Source: Roseiarcus sp.
GTDB lineage: Bacteria > Pseudomonadota > Alphaproteobacteria > Rhizobiales > Beijerinckiaceae
Length of the DNA: 64,000 nucleotides
Direction of reading: 5' to 3'
Assembly: GCA_049509635.1 (NCBI GenBank)
Contig: JBEKZS010000011.1
Coordinates: 141 to 64,140 of the forward strand
This document shows positions 1 through 15,022 of this stretch, piece by piece; position 1 is the first letter of the stretch; each line of letters begins with the position of its first letter. The position numbers and the translations under genes are program-made. The notes under the pieces were generated by a model. The model saw nothing but the letters and a program-made list of their open reading frames with translations. It ran no database searches and was not told the origin of the DNA.

Positions 1-111
1 CGGTTTCTTCATGGTTTGATGAACGGGCCGCCGATCCCCCGCCGCGAGAGCGGAGATGAAACCGACGACGCGGCGGGACCTGACGCGCGGCGCTCGTCCG
101 CACCGGCGCGC

Positions 112-455
112 TCAGCGAGGGCGCCAGTTCAGTCCGCTCTTCTCGTAGGACCAGGAATATTGGGTCGCCATCTGGGTCGCGCGCATCGCCTTGTAGCTTG
201 CCCAGGCGACCACGAGCAGGATCACCAGAGTGACGATGTAATAATGGAGGGAAGTCAGCTCCTCCTGGAACAGGGCGAAATGAAGAAACCGGACCGCGGC
301 CGAAAGCACCGCCATATAGGGGAGCAGCAGCCAGGCGGGGCTCCAGGTCTTGGCGAGCGCGCGTCCGGTCGCCGAAGCCGCCGCCGCGCCCAGCAGGGTC
401 AACAAGACGAAGACAAACGCTCCGTTGTCGGCGCCGGTCCAGATCAGGCCGCCCA

Positions 456-456
<1 letters not shown>
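112..456 (-). CDS. DUF6867-family small membrane protein of the liv operon
   Basis: Hydrophobic ~114 aa ORF whose ATG overlaps the livF stop; ends ATQMATQYSWSY; this is the usual position downstream of livF in Rhizobiales. Confidence 0.75.
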
Positions 457-1219
<763 letters not shown>

Positions 1220-1223
<4 letters not shown>

Positions 1224-2130
1224 GCCCCGATCTCCGCTTCCGCGACGGCCAGTTCTTCCTCGTCGGCGACGCCGAGATAGGCCGCGATCACCTTGGGATC
1301 GTTGCGCACGTCGACCGGCGTGCCGTCGGCGATCTTCGTGCCGTAGTCGAGGACGACCACGTGGTCGGAAATCTGCATGACGACCGACATGTCGTGTTCG
1401 ATCAGCAGGATCGACACATGGTGCTCGTCGCGGATCAGGTTGAGGAGGATGTTGAGATCGGCCGATTCGCGCGGGTTGAGGCCGGCCGCCGGCTCGTCGA
1501 GGCAAAGGAGGATCGGATCGGTGCACATCGCGCGGGCGATCTCGAGACGCCGTTGCGCGCCATAGGGCAGTTCGCCCGCCGGATCGTCGGCGCGATCGAG
1601 CAGGTTGATCTTCCCGAGCCAGTAGGTCGCCCGCTCCACCGCCTCCGCTTCGCTCGTCCGGTAGCTCGGCGCGCCGAACATGCCGAGCACCGTGAAGCCG
1701 CTCGCCAGCATCAGCCGGTTGTGATGGGCGACCATCAGGTTCTCGAGCACCGTCATGCCCTGGAACAGCCGGATGTTCTGGAACGTGCGCGCGACCTTGG
1801 CGCGCATCGCGATCTCGTTGCCCGCCATGCGCTCGAGCAGATAGAGTTCGCCCGCCTCGGACTTGGCGTGTCTGGCCGGCGAGCGGGTCAGCGCCTCGAC
1901 GTCCGCGGCGGCGGCCACGCCCTGACGGGCGAGCGCGAGGCGCCCCTCGGTCGGCTTGTAGAATCCGGTCACGCAATTGAACACCGTCGTCTTGCCGGCG
2001 CCGTTCGGCCCGATCAGCGCGGTGATGTCGCCGCGGCCGACCTGGAACGACAGGTTGTTGACCGCGACGAGGCCGCCGAAGCGCATCGTCAGATGCTCGA
2101 CGACGAGCAGCGGATTGGTCATCCAGCGCA

Positions 2131-2131
<1 letters not shown>
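1220..2131 (-). CDS. livG: Branched-chain amino acid ABC transporter ATP-binding protein
   Basis: GPNGAGKTT, ARTFQNIRLF, LPYGAQRRLEIARA, DEPAAGLN, LIEHDM; alternative start at 2122. Confidence 0.95.
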
Positions 2132-3534
<1,403 letters not shown>

Positions 3535-3536
3535 CG

Positions 3537-4454
3537 CTACACCTTCTCGATTTCGGGTCGGCCAAGAATGCCCGACGGCATGAAGATCAGGGTGATGGCG
3601 AGGATCGCGAACGCGGCGACATCCTTGTAGTCGGTCGAGAAATACGACGACCAGAACACCTCGATCAGGCCGATCAGCAACCCGCCGAGAACCGCCCCGG
3701 GCAGCGATCCGATGCCGCCGAGCACCGCCGCGGTGAACGCCTTCACGCCGGGCAGGAACCCGTCGGAGAAGTTCACGACCCCATAGTACATCATGTAGAG
3801 CACGCCCGCGACCGCGGCCAGCGCCGCGCCGATCACGAAGGTGATCGAGATCGTGCGGTCGACGTCGATGCCGAGCAGCGCCGCCATCTTGCGGTCCTGT
3901 TCGCAGGCGCGCTGGGCGCGCCCGAGCGCCGTCTTCTGAACGAGCCACCAGAAGGCGAACAGCAGAATCGCGGTCACGAAGCCGATGACGAGCTGCTTGT
4001 ACTGCAGCGTCACGTCATAGGAGCCGCCCGGCGAGAAATGGATGACCTCGTTGAACATCGGCGGCACCGGCTTGTTGCGCGGGCCCTGGACGACCTGGAC
4101 GAAGTTCGACAGGAAGATCGACATGCCGATCGCGGAGATCAGCGGCGCGAGGCGGAACGATCCGCGCAGCGGCCGGTAGGCGAGGCGCTCGATCGTCCAG
4201 TTCCACACCGAGGTCAGCGTCATGCCCGCCACCAGCACGATCACGAAAGCGAGCGCCAGCGAGGTCACGCCGAGAATCTTGGTCAGCACCAGGAAGACCA
4301 GCAGCGCGATGAACGCCGACAGCATGAACAGATCGCCGTGGGCGAAGTTCACCATGCCGATGATGCCGAAGACCATCGTATAGCCGATGGCGATCAGGCC
4401 GTAGATCGAGCCGAGCGTCAGCCCGTTGATCAGCTGCTGCAGGAAATTTCCCAT
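3537..4454 (-). CDS. livH: Branched-chain amino acid ABC transporter permease
   Basis: [52 protein letters not shown]; alternative GTG start at 4466. Confidence 0.95.
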   Translation of the reverse strand: MGNFLQQLINGLTLGSIYGLIAIGYTMVFGIIGMVNFAHGDLFMLSAFIALLVFLVLTKILGVTSLALAFVIVLVAGMTLTSVWNWTIERLAYRPLRGSFRLAPLISAIGMSIFLSNFVQVVQGPRNKPVPPMFNEVIHFSPGGSYDVTLQYKQLVIGFVTAILLFAFWWLVQKTALGRAQRACEQDRKMAALLGIDVDRTISITFVIGAALAAVAGVLYMMYYGVVNFSDGFLPGVKAFTAAVLGGIGSLPGAVLGGLLIGLIEVFWSSYFSTDYKDVAAFAILAITLIFMPSGILGRPEIEKV

Positions 4455-4850
4455 CCGCCGCCGCACTCCCCCGCTTCGTCCGCCGGCCCCGACTCCGGAT
4501 CGAAGCCGCCGCCCGCATGCCTTCGTCTAGCTCCAGGGTCTCTCGATGGTCCCCGGTTCTGGTCAAGCAAGTTCCGGGCCACGGGGCCTTCTACTAACGA
4601 TATGATTTCTCGCAAAAAACAGATGCGCCGGTTCGCTCGCCTAGCCTGTCGCCCGTGGTTGAAAGCAGCCCCGATCCAAGCAATCGCACGCCTCGGGGGC
4701 TTTGACAATACAGCGGCCCGCGCCGCGAGCATCGCGCGATTGGGCTTGCGCCGCGTTCGGCGATCTCTAGGGTGAGCCGCGAGTCCACGAGGGTCGCCCG
4801 ACGCGCGTCGCGGGGCGGCGACTCGGACCTGGCGAGGAGAGGAAACTGCC

Positions 4851-5330
4851 ATGGCGATGACGATGTCGGGCGAAGTGACGCTGCCGGCCGGCCGCCCCAA
4901 AGTATGGGCGATGCTCAACGATCCCGCCGTCCTGAAGGCGAGCATTCCGGGCTGCCAGTCGCTGGAGAAGACGAGCGAGACTTCGTTCTCCGCCGTCGTC
5001 AAGGTCAAGATAGGACCCGTCGGCGCCAGTTTCAAAGGCAAGGTGCAACTGTCCGATATCGATCCGCCCAACGGTTACACGATCAGCGGCGAGGGCGAGG
5101 GCGGCATAGCGGGGTTCGCCAACGGGGGCGCCAAGGTGCTGCTCGCCGACGCTTCGGACGGCACGCTGCTCAAATACGACGTCCTGGCCAATGTCGGCGG
5201 CAAGATCGCGCAGCTCGGCTCGCGGCTGATCGACGGCGTCGCCAAGAAGCTGGCCGACCAGTTCTTCGCCAATCTGGCCAAGGCGGCGGGCGAGGAGGCC
5301 GGGGCGCAGCCGGCGGCGGGCTCGGCTTGA
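4851..5330 (+). CDS. coxG: CoxG (SRPBCC family) accessory protein
   Basis: VWAMLNDPAVLKASIPGC, KIGPV, GEGEGGIAGFA, VGGKIAQLGSRLI; GGA upstream. Confidence 0.9.
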   Translation: MAMTMSGEVTLPAGRPKVWAMLNDPAVLKASIPGCQSLEKTSETSFSAVVKVKIGPVGASFKGKVQLSDIDPPNGYTISGEGEGGIAGFANGGAKVLLADASDGTLLKYDVLANVGGKIAQLGSRLIDGVAKKLADQFFANLAKAAGEEAGAQPAAGSA

Positions 5331-5462
5331 CCTCGCCGCGCGCAACGGACAAGTTGCGGCCATTCCGCGCGCCGCCGAGATGACGGCGTCGCACGCCGTC
5401 GGCTGTGAATTCCGGCGCCCGATGGGGCTGTCGGGACAAGACAAATTAAGGGAGGCTGATCC

Positions 5463-5951
5463 ATGATCCATGTTTCCATGACCGTGAACGGCAAGGCCGC
5501 GTCGGGCCATGTCGACCCGCGCACGCTGCTCGTTCAGTTCCTGCGCGAGAATCTCAGGTTGACGGGCACGCACGTCGGCTGCGACACTTCGCAATGCGGC
5601 GCCTGCGTCGTCCACGTCGACGGCCGCGCGATCAAGTCCTGCACCGCGCTGGCGGCGTCGCTCGACGGCGCCCATGTGACCACGATCGAGGGCCTCGCCA
5701 AGGGCGGCAAGCTCCATCCGATGCAGCAGGCGTTCCAGGACAATCACGGCCTGCAATGCGGATTCTGCACGCCGGGCATGATCATGTCCGCGGTCGACAT
5801 CGTCAACCGCAAGGGCCCCGATCTCGACGAGCGCACGATCCGCGAGCAGCTCGACGGCAACATCTGCCGCTGCACAGGCTATCACAACATCGTCAAGGCC
5901 GTCGCCCAGGGCGCGCGCGACATGGCCGGCGCCGCAATCGCCGCGGAGTGA
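5463..5951 (+). CDS. coxS: CoxS-like (2Fe-2S) small subunit
   Basis: [21 protein letters not shown] and NICRCTGY iron-sulfur motifs; GGAGG RBS. Confidence 0.92.
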   Translation: MIHVSMTVNGKAASGHVDPRTLLVQFLRENLRLTGTHVGCDTSQCGACVVHVDGRAIKSCTALAASLDGAHVTTIEGLAKGGKLHPMQQAFQDNHGLQCGFCTPGMIMSAVDIVNRKGPDLDERTIREQLDGNICRCTGYHNIVKAVAQGARDMAGAAIAAE

Positions 5952-6045
5952 TCCAGACGAATCCGGCCCGCTCGAAGGCGGGACCGTCACGCAATCGACC
6001 GGTCGACCCGACGGGGCGAGACCGGCGGCATCAGGGAGAAGGTTC

Positions 6046-8412
<2,367 letters not shown>

Positions 8413-8467
8413 TCGCCGCCTTCCCATAGGCGCCGCAGGGCGCCCCGCTCGTTCCCAGGAGACTTCC

Positions 8468-9256
8468 ATGTATCCTTTCGCCTATCACAAACCCGGCAAT
8501 GTTCAGGCCGCCGTCGCCCTCCTCAACGCCGACGCCAAGGTGCTCGCGGGCGGCCAGACGCTGCTGCCGACGATGAAGCAGCGGCTCGCCTCGCCGGCCT
8601 CGATCGTCGACATCGGCAGGATCGCCGAACTCGCCGGCGTCAGCCGCGAGGGCGATTCCATCGTCATCGGCGCGACGACGCGCCATGCCGACGTCGCCGG
8701 CAGCGCGGCGGTCCGGCAGGCGATCCCGGCGCTCGCCGCGCTCGCCGACGGCATCGGCGATCCCGCCGTGCGGGCGCGCGGGACGATCGGCGGCTCGCTC
8801 GCCAACAACGACCCGGCGGCCGACTATCCCGCCGCGGCGCTCGCCTTGGGCGCGACGATCGTCACCAACAAGCGCGAACTCGCGGCCGATGCGTTCTTCC
8901 ACGGCCTGTTCGAAACCGCGCTCGAGGACGGCGAGATCATCGTCAAGGTCCGTTTCCCGATCCCCGAGAAGGCCGCCTACGAGAAGTTCCGCAATCCCGC
9001 CTCGCGCTATGCGCTGGTCGGCGTGTTCGTCGCGCGGACCAAGGCCGGAGCGCGGGTCGCGGTGACGGGCGCGGGTTCGGGCGGGGTGTTCCGCGTCAAG
9101 GCGCTGGAGACGGCGCTCGACGCCAATTTCAGCGCCGCGGCCCTGAATGGCGCGACCGTCCCCGCCCAGGGCCTGATCGCCGATCTCCACGCCGACGCCG
9201 CCTATCGCGCGCATCTGATCGTGGTGCTCGCCAAGCGGGCGGTCGCGGCGGCGTAG
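8468..9256 (+). CDS. coxM: CoxM-like FAD-binding medium subunit
   Basis: LAGGQTLLPTMKQRLASP, RGTIGGSLANNDPAADYP, KFRNPASRYA; AGGAG RBS before ATG 8468. Confidence 0.9.
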   Translation: MYPFAYHKPGNVQAAVALLNADAKVLAGGQTLLPTMKQRLASPASIVDIGRIAELAGVSREGDSIVIGATTRHADVAGSAAVRQAIPALAALADGIGDPAVRARGTIGGSLANNDPAADYPAAALALGATIVTNKRELAADAFFHGLFETALEDGEIIVKVRFPIPEKAAYEKFRNPASRYALVGVFVARTKAGARVAVTGAGSGGVFRVKALETALDANFSAAALNGATVPAQGLIADLHADAAYRAHLIVVLAKRAVAAA

Positions 9257-9447
9257 CCTCGAACTCCGTCCGCGCGCGGGCATGAGGCAAGCGCGACGGC
9301 CTTCGCCGGCGGAGCGCGGCGCAGCGTGGATGCCAGCCCGGCGTCGGCCCTCGTTTCGCGCGCCCGGCGGCGCGGCGGGCTTGCCATGCCGCGCCGCGCG
9401 TGAAACGGGAGGGTCCCGATTTCTTCTCGCCTTGGAGCCGCCGACGC

Positions 9448-10395
9448 ATGCCGGACGCCGATCCGCCAAATTCAGCCGTCCCCGTTCCCATCTCGATCGA
9501 AGCGACGCTCGCGCTGCTCGGCGGGGCGTCCTATGTCGCCGAGCGCTCGCTCGCCACCGTCCTGTTCCTCAGCCTGCGGATGGGCCGGCCGCTGTTCCTC
9601 GAGGGCGAGGCGGGCGTCGGCAAGACCGAAATCGCCAAGGTGCTCGCCGCGAGCCTCGGCCGCCGGCTGATCCGCCTTCAATGCTACGAGGGGCTCGACG
9701 TCGCCGCGGCCGTCTACGAATGGAACTACGCCGCGCAGATGATGGCGATCCGGCTCGCCGAGGCGGCGGGCGAACACGACAAGGACCGTATCGAGCACGA
9801 CGTGTTCTCCGAGCGCTATCTCGTCAAGCGCCCGCTGCTGCAGGCGCTCGAGCCTTCGGCGGGCGGTCCGCCCGTGCTGCTGATCGACGAGATCGACCGC
9901 GCCGACGAGGCGTTCGAGGCGTTCCTGCTCGAAATCCTCTCCGACTTCCAGGTGACGATCCCGGAGATCGGCGTCGTCAAGGCCGACCGGCCGCCGATCG
10001 TGATCATCACCTCGAACCGCACCCGCGAAATCCACGACGCGCTGAAGCGCCGCTGCCTCTATCACTGGGTCGGCTATCCCGACGCCGCGCGCGAGATCGC
10101 GATCCTGCGCGCCAAGGCGCCGCGCACGCCCGCCCGGCTGACCGAGGAAATCGTCGCCTTCGTCCAGGCGATCCGCAAGCAGGATCTGTTCAAGGCGCCC
10201 GGCGTCGCCGAGACGCTCGATTGGGCGAGCGCGCTGACCGAGCTCGATGCGGTCGCCCTCGATCCAGCGCTCGTCTCCGACACGCTCGGCGTGCTCTTGA
10301 AATACCAGGACGACATCGGCCGGATCGAGGGCGCCAAGGCGAGCGAGATCATCGAGCAGGTGCGCGGCGACATGAAGCGCGCGCGATTGGCGTGA
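9448..10395 (+). CDS. coxD: CoxD-type MoxR-family AAA+ ATPase
   Basis: LEGEAGVGKT, LQCYEGLD, LLIDEIDRADE, EIHDALKRRC. Confidence 0.88.
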   Translation: MPDADPPNSAVPVPISIEATLALLGGASYVAERSLATVLFLSLRMGRPLFLEGEAGVGKTEIAKVLAASLGRRLIRLQCYEGLDVAAAVYEWNYAAQMMAIRLAEAAGEHDKDRIEHDVFSERYLVKRPLLQALEPSAGGPPVLLIDEIDRADEAFEAFLLEILSDFQVTIPEIGVVKADRPPIVIITSNRTREIHDALKRRCLYHWVGYPDAAREIAILRAKAPRTPARLTEEIVAFVQAIRKQDLFKAPGVAETLDWASALTELDAVALDPALVSDTLGVLLKYQDDIGRIEGAKASEIIEQVRGDMKRARLA

Positions 10396-10426
10396 CGCGC
10401 GGAGCGTCGCGACGGGAGGCTCCGCC

Positions 10427-10873
10427 ATGCCCCATCGGTTCACGCTTTCGACGACGCTGCCGGCGGCGCCGCAGACCGTCTACGATTGCTGGCTCGACAG
10501 CGCCGGACATTCGGCGATGACCGGCGGCGCGGCGACGGCGTCGGACCGGATCGGCGGCGCCTTCACCGCCTGGGACGGCTATATCAGCGGCCGGAATCTC
10601 GCGCTCGAGCCGGGCAGACGAATCGTCCAATCCTGGCGCACGACCCGATTTGCCGCGGCGGATCCGGATTCGATCGTCACCCTGACGCTCGCGCCCGTCG
10701 CGGGCGGCGCGGCGCTCACGCTCGAACATGCCGACGTGCCCGACGGCGATGCGCACAAGGGTTACGAGAACGGCGGCTGGGCGGACCATTATTTCACGCC
10801 GATGCGGGCCTATTTCGCCGGGCAGGCGGGCGCCGCCGGCGGGTCGTTCGACATGCCGAAGGGAACGCCGTGA
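10427..10873 (+). CDS. SRPBCC/AHSA1-like (Aha1 C-terminal-like) domain protein
   Basis: VYDCWLD, IGGAFTAWDGYISGRNLALEPGRRIVQSWR, GWADHYF; GGAGG RBS; stop overlaps the coxE GTG. Confidence 0.8.
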   Translation: MPHRFTLSTTLPAAPQTVYDCWLDSAGHSAMTGGAATASDRIGGAFTAWDGYISGRNLALEPGRRIVQSWRTTRFAAADPDSIVTLTLAPVAGGAALTLEHADVPDGDAHKGYENGGWADHYFTPMRAYFAGQAGAAGGSFDMPKGTP

Positions 10874-12102
10874 ACCCGGATCGCGACCAATCGGCTGAGG
10901 GGGCGCCCGCCGGCGTCGGTCGCCTCGCCGACAACATCCTCTATTTCGCGCGCGCGCTGCGCGAGGCGGGCCTGCCGGTCGGGCCCGGCGCCGTGCTCGA
11001 CGCGCTGGCGGCGGTCGAGGCGGCGGGGATCGGCGACAAGCAGGACTTCTACGCGACGCTGCATGCGGTGTTCGTCAAGAAGCGCGAGCATACGATCCTG
11101 TTCGACCAGGCGTTTCGCATCTTCTGGAAGCGCAAGGGCTTTCTCGAGAAGCTGATCGCGGCGATGTCGCCGCGCGCCGATTCGGACAAGAAGCGCGAGA
11201 AGGCGGAGGCGGGCGCCAGCCGCATCGCCGACGCGATGTTCAAGAACGCCGACAGGGAGGACAAGGCGCCGCCGTCGCTCGATCTCGACGCGCGCTTCAC
11301 CATGTCGGACGCCGAGATCCTGCAGGCCAAGGATTTCGCCCAGATGAGCGCGGCCGAAATCGCGCGTGCACGCCAGGCGATCGCGCGGCTCGCCATGCCC
11401 GACGATCTCGTGGCGACGCGCCGGCATTTCGCCAGCGCGCATGGCCGCAGGATCGACCCGCGCCGCACGTTCCGGCGCAGCCTGCGCGGCGGCGGCGCGA
11501 TCATCGACCTGGCGTTTCGCGCGCCCGCGGTGCGGCATCCGCCGATCGTCGCGCTCTGCGACATTTCCGGCTCGATGAGCGAATACACGCGGATCTTCCT
11601 GCATTTCCTCCACGCGCTCGGCGAGAAGCGGCCGGTGACGACCTTCCTGTTCGGCACCCGGCTGACCAATGTGACGCGGGCGCTGCGCGCGCGCGACGTC
11701 GACGAAGCGCTCGCGCTGTGCTCGGGCCAGGTCAAGGACTGGGCCGGCGGCACGCGCATCGGCGCGTCGCTGCACCGCTTCAACCGCGAATGGGCGCGCC
11801 GCGTGCTGGGGCAGGGGGCGATCGTCATCCTGTTCACCGACGGGCTCGATCGCGATGAGCCCGGCGCGCTCGGCCTGGAAATGGAGCGGCTGCGCAAATC
11901 GTGCCGCCGGCTGATCTGGGTCAACCCGCTGCTGCGCTACGGCGAGTTCCAGGCCAAGGCGCTCGGCATCCGCGCCATGCTGCCGTTCGTCGACGAATTC
12001 CGGCCGATCCACAATCTGGCCAGCATGGCCGATCTGTGCCGGGCGCTCGCCGGCGACGCCTCGGCCGCGGACCCGAAAGCCTGGCTGCGGCGGTCGGCGT
12101 GA
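10870..12102 (+). CDS. coxE: CoxE-type VWA-domain protein
   Basis: LADNILYFARALREAGL, intact MIDAS CDISGSMS, FLFGTRLTNVT, WAGGTRIG, LIWVNPLLR. Confidence 0.88.
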   Translation: MNPDRDQSAEGAPAGVGRLADNILYFARALREAGLPVGPGAVLDALAAVEAAGIGDKQDFYATLHAVFVKKREHTILFDQAFRIFWKRKGFLEKLIAAMSPRADSDKKREKAEAGASRIADAMFKNADREDKAPPSLDLDARFTMSDAEILQAKDFAQMSAAEIARARQAIARLAMPDDLVATRRHFASAHGRRIDPRRTFRRSLRGGGAIIDLAFRAPAVRHPPIVALCDISGSMSEYTRIFLHFLHALGEKRPVTTFLFGTRLTNVTRALRARDVDEALALCSGQVKDWAGGTRIGASLHRFNREWARRVLGQGAIVILFTDGLDRDEPGALGLEMERLRKSCRRLIWVNPLLRYGEFQAKALGIRAMLPFVDEFRPIHNLASMADLCRALAGDASAADPKAWLRRSA

Positions 12103-12197
12103 GCGCCCGGGCGCTTGCGGATCGGCAGCAACCACGCCATGTTCGGGCGGATATTTCGGCGCCCCGCGCGCGCCGATTCCAACGAAAGGGCCCCGCC

Positions 12198-12521
12198 ATG
12201 CTGAGCGCCGAAGACGACATTCTCCTCGCCGCGCAGGACTGGCGCGAGACCGGGCGCGCGGTGGCGATCGCGACGGTCGTCGAGACCTGGGGCTCGGCGC
12301 CGCGCCCCGTCGGCTCGCATCTGGTGATCGACGACGCCGGCAATTTTCTCGGCTCGGTGTCGGGCGGCTGCGTCGAGGGCGCCGTCGTCACCGAGGCGCT
12401 CGACGTGATCGCCGAGGGCGCGCCCAAAATGCTCGAATTCGGCGTCGCCGACGAGACCGCCTGGCGCGTCGGCCTGTCCTGCGGCGGCCGCATCAAGGTC
12501 TATGTCGAGAGGCTCGACTGA
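12198..12521 (+). CDS. XdhC/CoxI-family protein, N-terminal part
   Basis: ATVVETWGSAPRPVGS, GSVSGGCVEGAV, GLSCGGRIKVYVE. Confidence 0.88.
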   Translation: MLSAEDDILLAAQDWRETGRAVAIATVVETWGSAPRPVGSHLVIDDAGNFLGSVSGGCVEGAVVTEALDVIAEGAPKMLEFGVADETAWRVGLSCGGRIKVYVERLD

Positions 12522-13225
12522 TGCGTCTCGATCTCCTGAAGCGGATGAACGAGGCCAGGCGCGGTCGCCGCGCCGCGGCGCTGGTCACGCAGATCGGCGG
12601 CGCCGACCAGCGCTTGGTCACTCCCGACGAACTGGCCGCCGATCCGCTCGGCGAGGCGCTGGAGGCCGCGCTGCGGTCGGGCAAGAGCGGCATGATCGAA
12701 CGGGACGGCGCCCGCTGGTTCCTGACCGTCCAGGTCCCCGCGGTGCGGCTCGTCATGATCGGCGCCGTGCACATCAGCCAGGCGCTGGCGCCGATCGCCA
12801 GGATCGCCGGCCTCGATCCGATCGTCATCGACCCGCGCACCGCCTTCGCGACGCCCGAGCGCTTCCCGGACACGCCGGTGATCGCCGAATGGCCCGACGC
12901 CGCGCTGGAGCGCGCGCCGCTCGACCGCTACACGGCGATCGCGCTGCTGACCCACGATCCCAAGATCGACGATCTCGCGCTCGTGCGCGCGCTGAACGCC
13001 GATTGCTTCTATGTCGGCGCGCTCGGGTCGCGCAAGACGCACGCCGCGCGGCTCGAGCGCATGCGGGCGCATGGCTTCGGCGAGGCCGCGCTGGCGCGCA
13101 TCCACGCGCCGATCGGCCTCGACATCGGCGCGGTGAGCCCGGCCGAGATCGCAGTTTCGATCATCGGCGAAATCATCGGCGCCTTGCGCAGGAAGCCGCT
13201 GCGCGCGGAGGGGCGGGCGGCTTGA
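12521..13225 (+). CDS. XdhC-family protein, C-terminal (Rossmann) part
   Basis: IGAVHISQAL, LLTHDPKIDD, FYVGALGSRKTH, IHAPIGLDIGAVSPAEIAVSI. Confidence 0.88.
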   Translation: MRLDLLKRMNEARRGRRAAALVTQIGGADQRLVTPDELAADPLGEALEAALRSGKSGMIERDGARWFLTVQVPAVRLVMIGAVHISQALAPIARIAGLDPIVIDPRTAFATPERFPDTPVIAEWPDAALERAPLDRYTAIALLTHDPKIDDLALVRALNADCFYVGALGSRKTHAARLERMRAHGFGEAALARIHAPIGLDIGAVSPAEIAVSIIGEIIGALRRKPLRAEGRAA

Positions 13226-14223
13226 AATTCGGTTCAGTTCCCGTCGCCGAGGCGGTCGGCGCGATCGTCGCCCACGCCGTCCGCCGGGACGGGCTCGTCC
13301 TCAGGAAGGGCCAGGTCGTCACGCCCGAATCGCGGTCGGCGCTGGAGGCCGCGGGCATATCGGCCTTGATCGCCGCGCGCCTCGACGCCGGCGACATCGC
13401 CGAGGACGAGGCGGCGCGGCGCCTCGCCGCCCGCCTCGCCGGCGCCCATTTGCGCGCCGAGGGCGCGTTCACCGGCCGCGTCAACCTCTTCGCCGAACGG
13501 GCGGGACTGGTGCAGGTCGATTCCGATCGGATCGGGCGGCTCAACGGGGTCGACGAATCGATTACCGCGGCGACGCTGGCGCCGTTTCGCGCGGTGGCGC
13601 CCGGCGACATGGTCGCCACCGTCAAGATCATACCCTTCGCGGTGCCGGGCGCGGCGCTCGACGCCGCGCTGGCGGCCGCCGGCGAAGGCGCGGTCGGCGT
13701 CGCGCCGTTCCGCCCGTTGCGGATCGGGGTCGTCTCCACGCTGCTGCCCGGCCTCAAGCCGAGCGTCGTCGCCAAGACCCTGCGCGTGCTGGAGGCGCGG
13801 CTCGCGCCCGCCGGGGCCCGGATCGTGCGGGACAGCCGTGTGCCGCACGCGTCCGGCGCCCTCGCACGCGCGCTGGAGGAGATCGCGGGCGACTGCGAGG
13901 CGCTGGTGATCTTCGGCGCCTCGGCGATCACCGACCGGCGCGACGTCATTCCGGCCGCGATCGAGGCCTCCGGCGGCCGGATCGACCATTTCGGCATGCC
14001 GGTCGATCCCGGCAACCTCCTGCTGCTCGGCGCGCGCGGCGCGCTGCCGATCATCGGCGCGCCGGGCTGCGCGCGCTCGCCGCGCGAGAACGGCTTCGAC
14101 TGGGTGCTGCAGCGCGTCCTCGCCGGCGTGCCGGTGACGGCGGCCGACATCATGGCGATGGGCGTCGGCGGCCTGTTGATGGAAATCGCCTCCCGCCCGC
14201 AGCCGCGACTCGGCGATGGCTGA
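13222..14223 (+). CDS. MoeA-like molybdopterin-binding protein
   Basis: TTG start overlapping the previous stop; FTGRVNLFA, VATVKIIPFAV, GASAITDRRDVIP, GMPVDPGNLL, GCARSPRENGFD. Confidence 0.82.
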   Translation: MKFGSVPVAEAVGAIVAHAVRRDGLVLRKGQVVTPESRSALEAAGISALIAARLDAGDIAEDEAARRLAARLAGAHLRAEGAFTGRVNLFAERAGLVQVDSDRIGRLNGVDESITAATLAPFRAVAPGDMVATVKIIPFAVPGAALDAALAAAGEGAVGVAPFRPLRIGVVSTLLPGLKPSVVAKTLRVLEARLAPAGARIVRDSRVPHASGALARALEEIAGDCEALVIFGASAITDRRDVIPAAIEASGGRIDHFGMPVDPGNLLLLGARGALPIIGAPGCARSPRENGFDWVLQRVLAGVPVTAADIMAMGVGGLLMEIASRPQPRLGDG

Positions 14224-14833
14224 CGTCGCCGCGATCGTGCTCGCCGCGGGATCCGCGGCGCGCTTCAGGGCGGCGGGCGGCGTCGGCTCCAAGCTCGTGG
14301 CGCCGCTGGCCGGCAAGCCGCTCGTCCGCCACGCCGTCGATGCGGCGCTCGGCTCGCGCGCGCGGCCGATCGTCGTGGTGACCGGGAGCGATCGCGACGC
14401 GGTCGCCGCGGCGCTGGCGGGCGGCGCGGTCGCCTTCGTTCACAACCCGGATTTCGCCGCCGGCCTCGCCTCTTCGCTGAAGGCCGGGATCGCGGCGCTG
14501 CCGGCGGACGCCGCCGGCGCGATCATCCTGCTCGGCGACATGCCGGACATCGCCCCGTCGCTGCTCGATCGTCTGATCGATGCGTTCGCCGGGGCGCCCG
14601 ACGCCCTCGCCACGGCCCCGTTCCGGGACGGGCGGCGCGGCAATCCCGCGCTGCTCGCGCGCGCGCTGTTCCCGCGCATCGCGACCCTGCAAGGCGACGA
14701 GGGCGCCCGGGCGCTGCTCGACGAGGCGGCGCCCGGGCGGGTCGTGGCGGTCGGCGACGCCGACGCGGGAACCGCGATCGATGTCGATACGCCCGCCGCG
14801 CTCGCCGAAGCGCGTGCGAGAATGGAGCGTTAG
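14216..14833 (+). CDS. mocA: MocA-like molybdenum cofactor cytidylyltransferase (NTP transferase family)
   Basis: IVLAAG, GKPLVRH, HNPDFAAGLASSLKAG, LGDMP, GNPALL, GDEGAR, IDVDTP. Confidence 0.82.
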   Translation: MADVAAIVLAAGSAARFRAAGGVGSKLVAPLAGKPLVRHAVDAALGSRARPIVVVTGSDRDAVAAALAGGAVAFVHNPDFAAGLASSLKAGIAALPADAAGAIILLGDMPDIAPSLLDRLIDAFAGAPDALATAPFRDGRRGNPALLARALFPRIATLQGDEGARALLDEAAPGRVVAVGDADAGTAIDVDTPAALAEARARMER

Positions 14834-15022
14834 GCGGGGCAGGTTCGCCGCGACCCGCCGCGCCGGCGGCCGCGTCCCGTAAACGCCGGCGGCGAAAACG
14901 GGAAACCAAGCGGCGAGAAACCGATTGCCTGACATTCCTTCGCATGTGCAAGACATCCGGGCCGGACGGGCGCCTGAGCGAATTCGCGCGCAGCCGGCCT
15001 TCCAGCGCGAGACGGGACATCT

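Noticed and set aside
1-12. Start of livK (MKKP...) on the minus strand at the window edge
   Set aside because: It fits the usual operon order, but four codons are not enough evidence
4702-4732. TTGACA -35 upstream of coxG (and another at 49801)
   Set aside because: No convincing -10 element at 16-18 nt spacing
5354-5395. RegR/PrrA-like box (TGCGGCCATTCCGCGC) upstream of coxS
   Set aside because: Several mismatches, and such GC-rich motifs arise easily by chance in this genome
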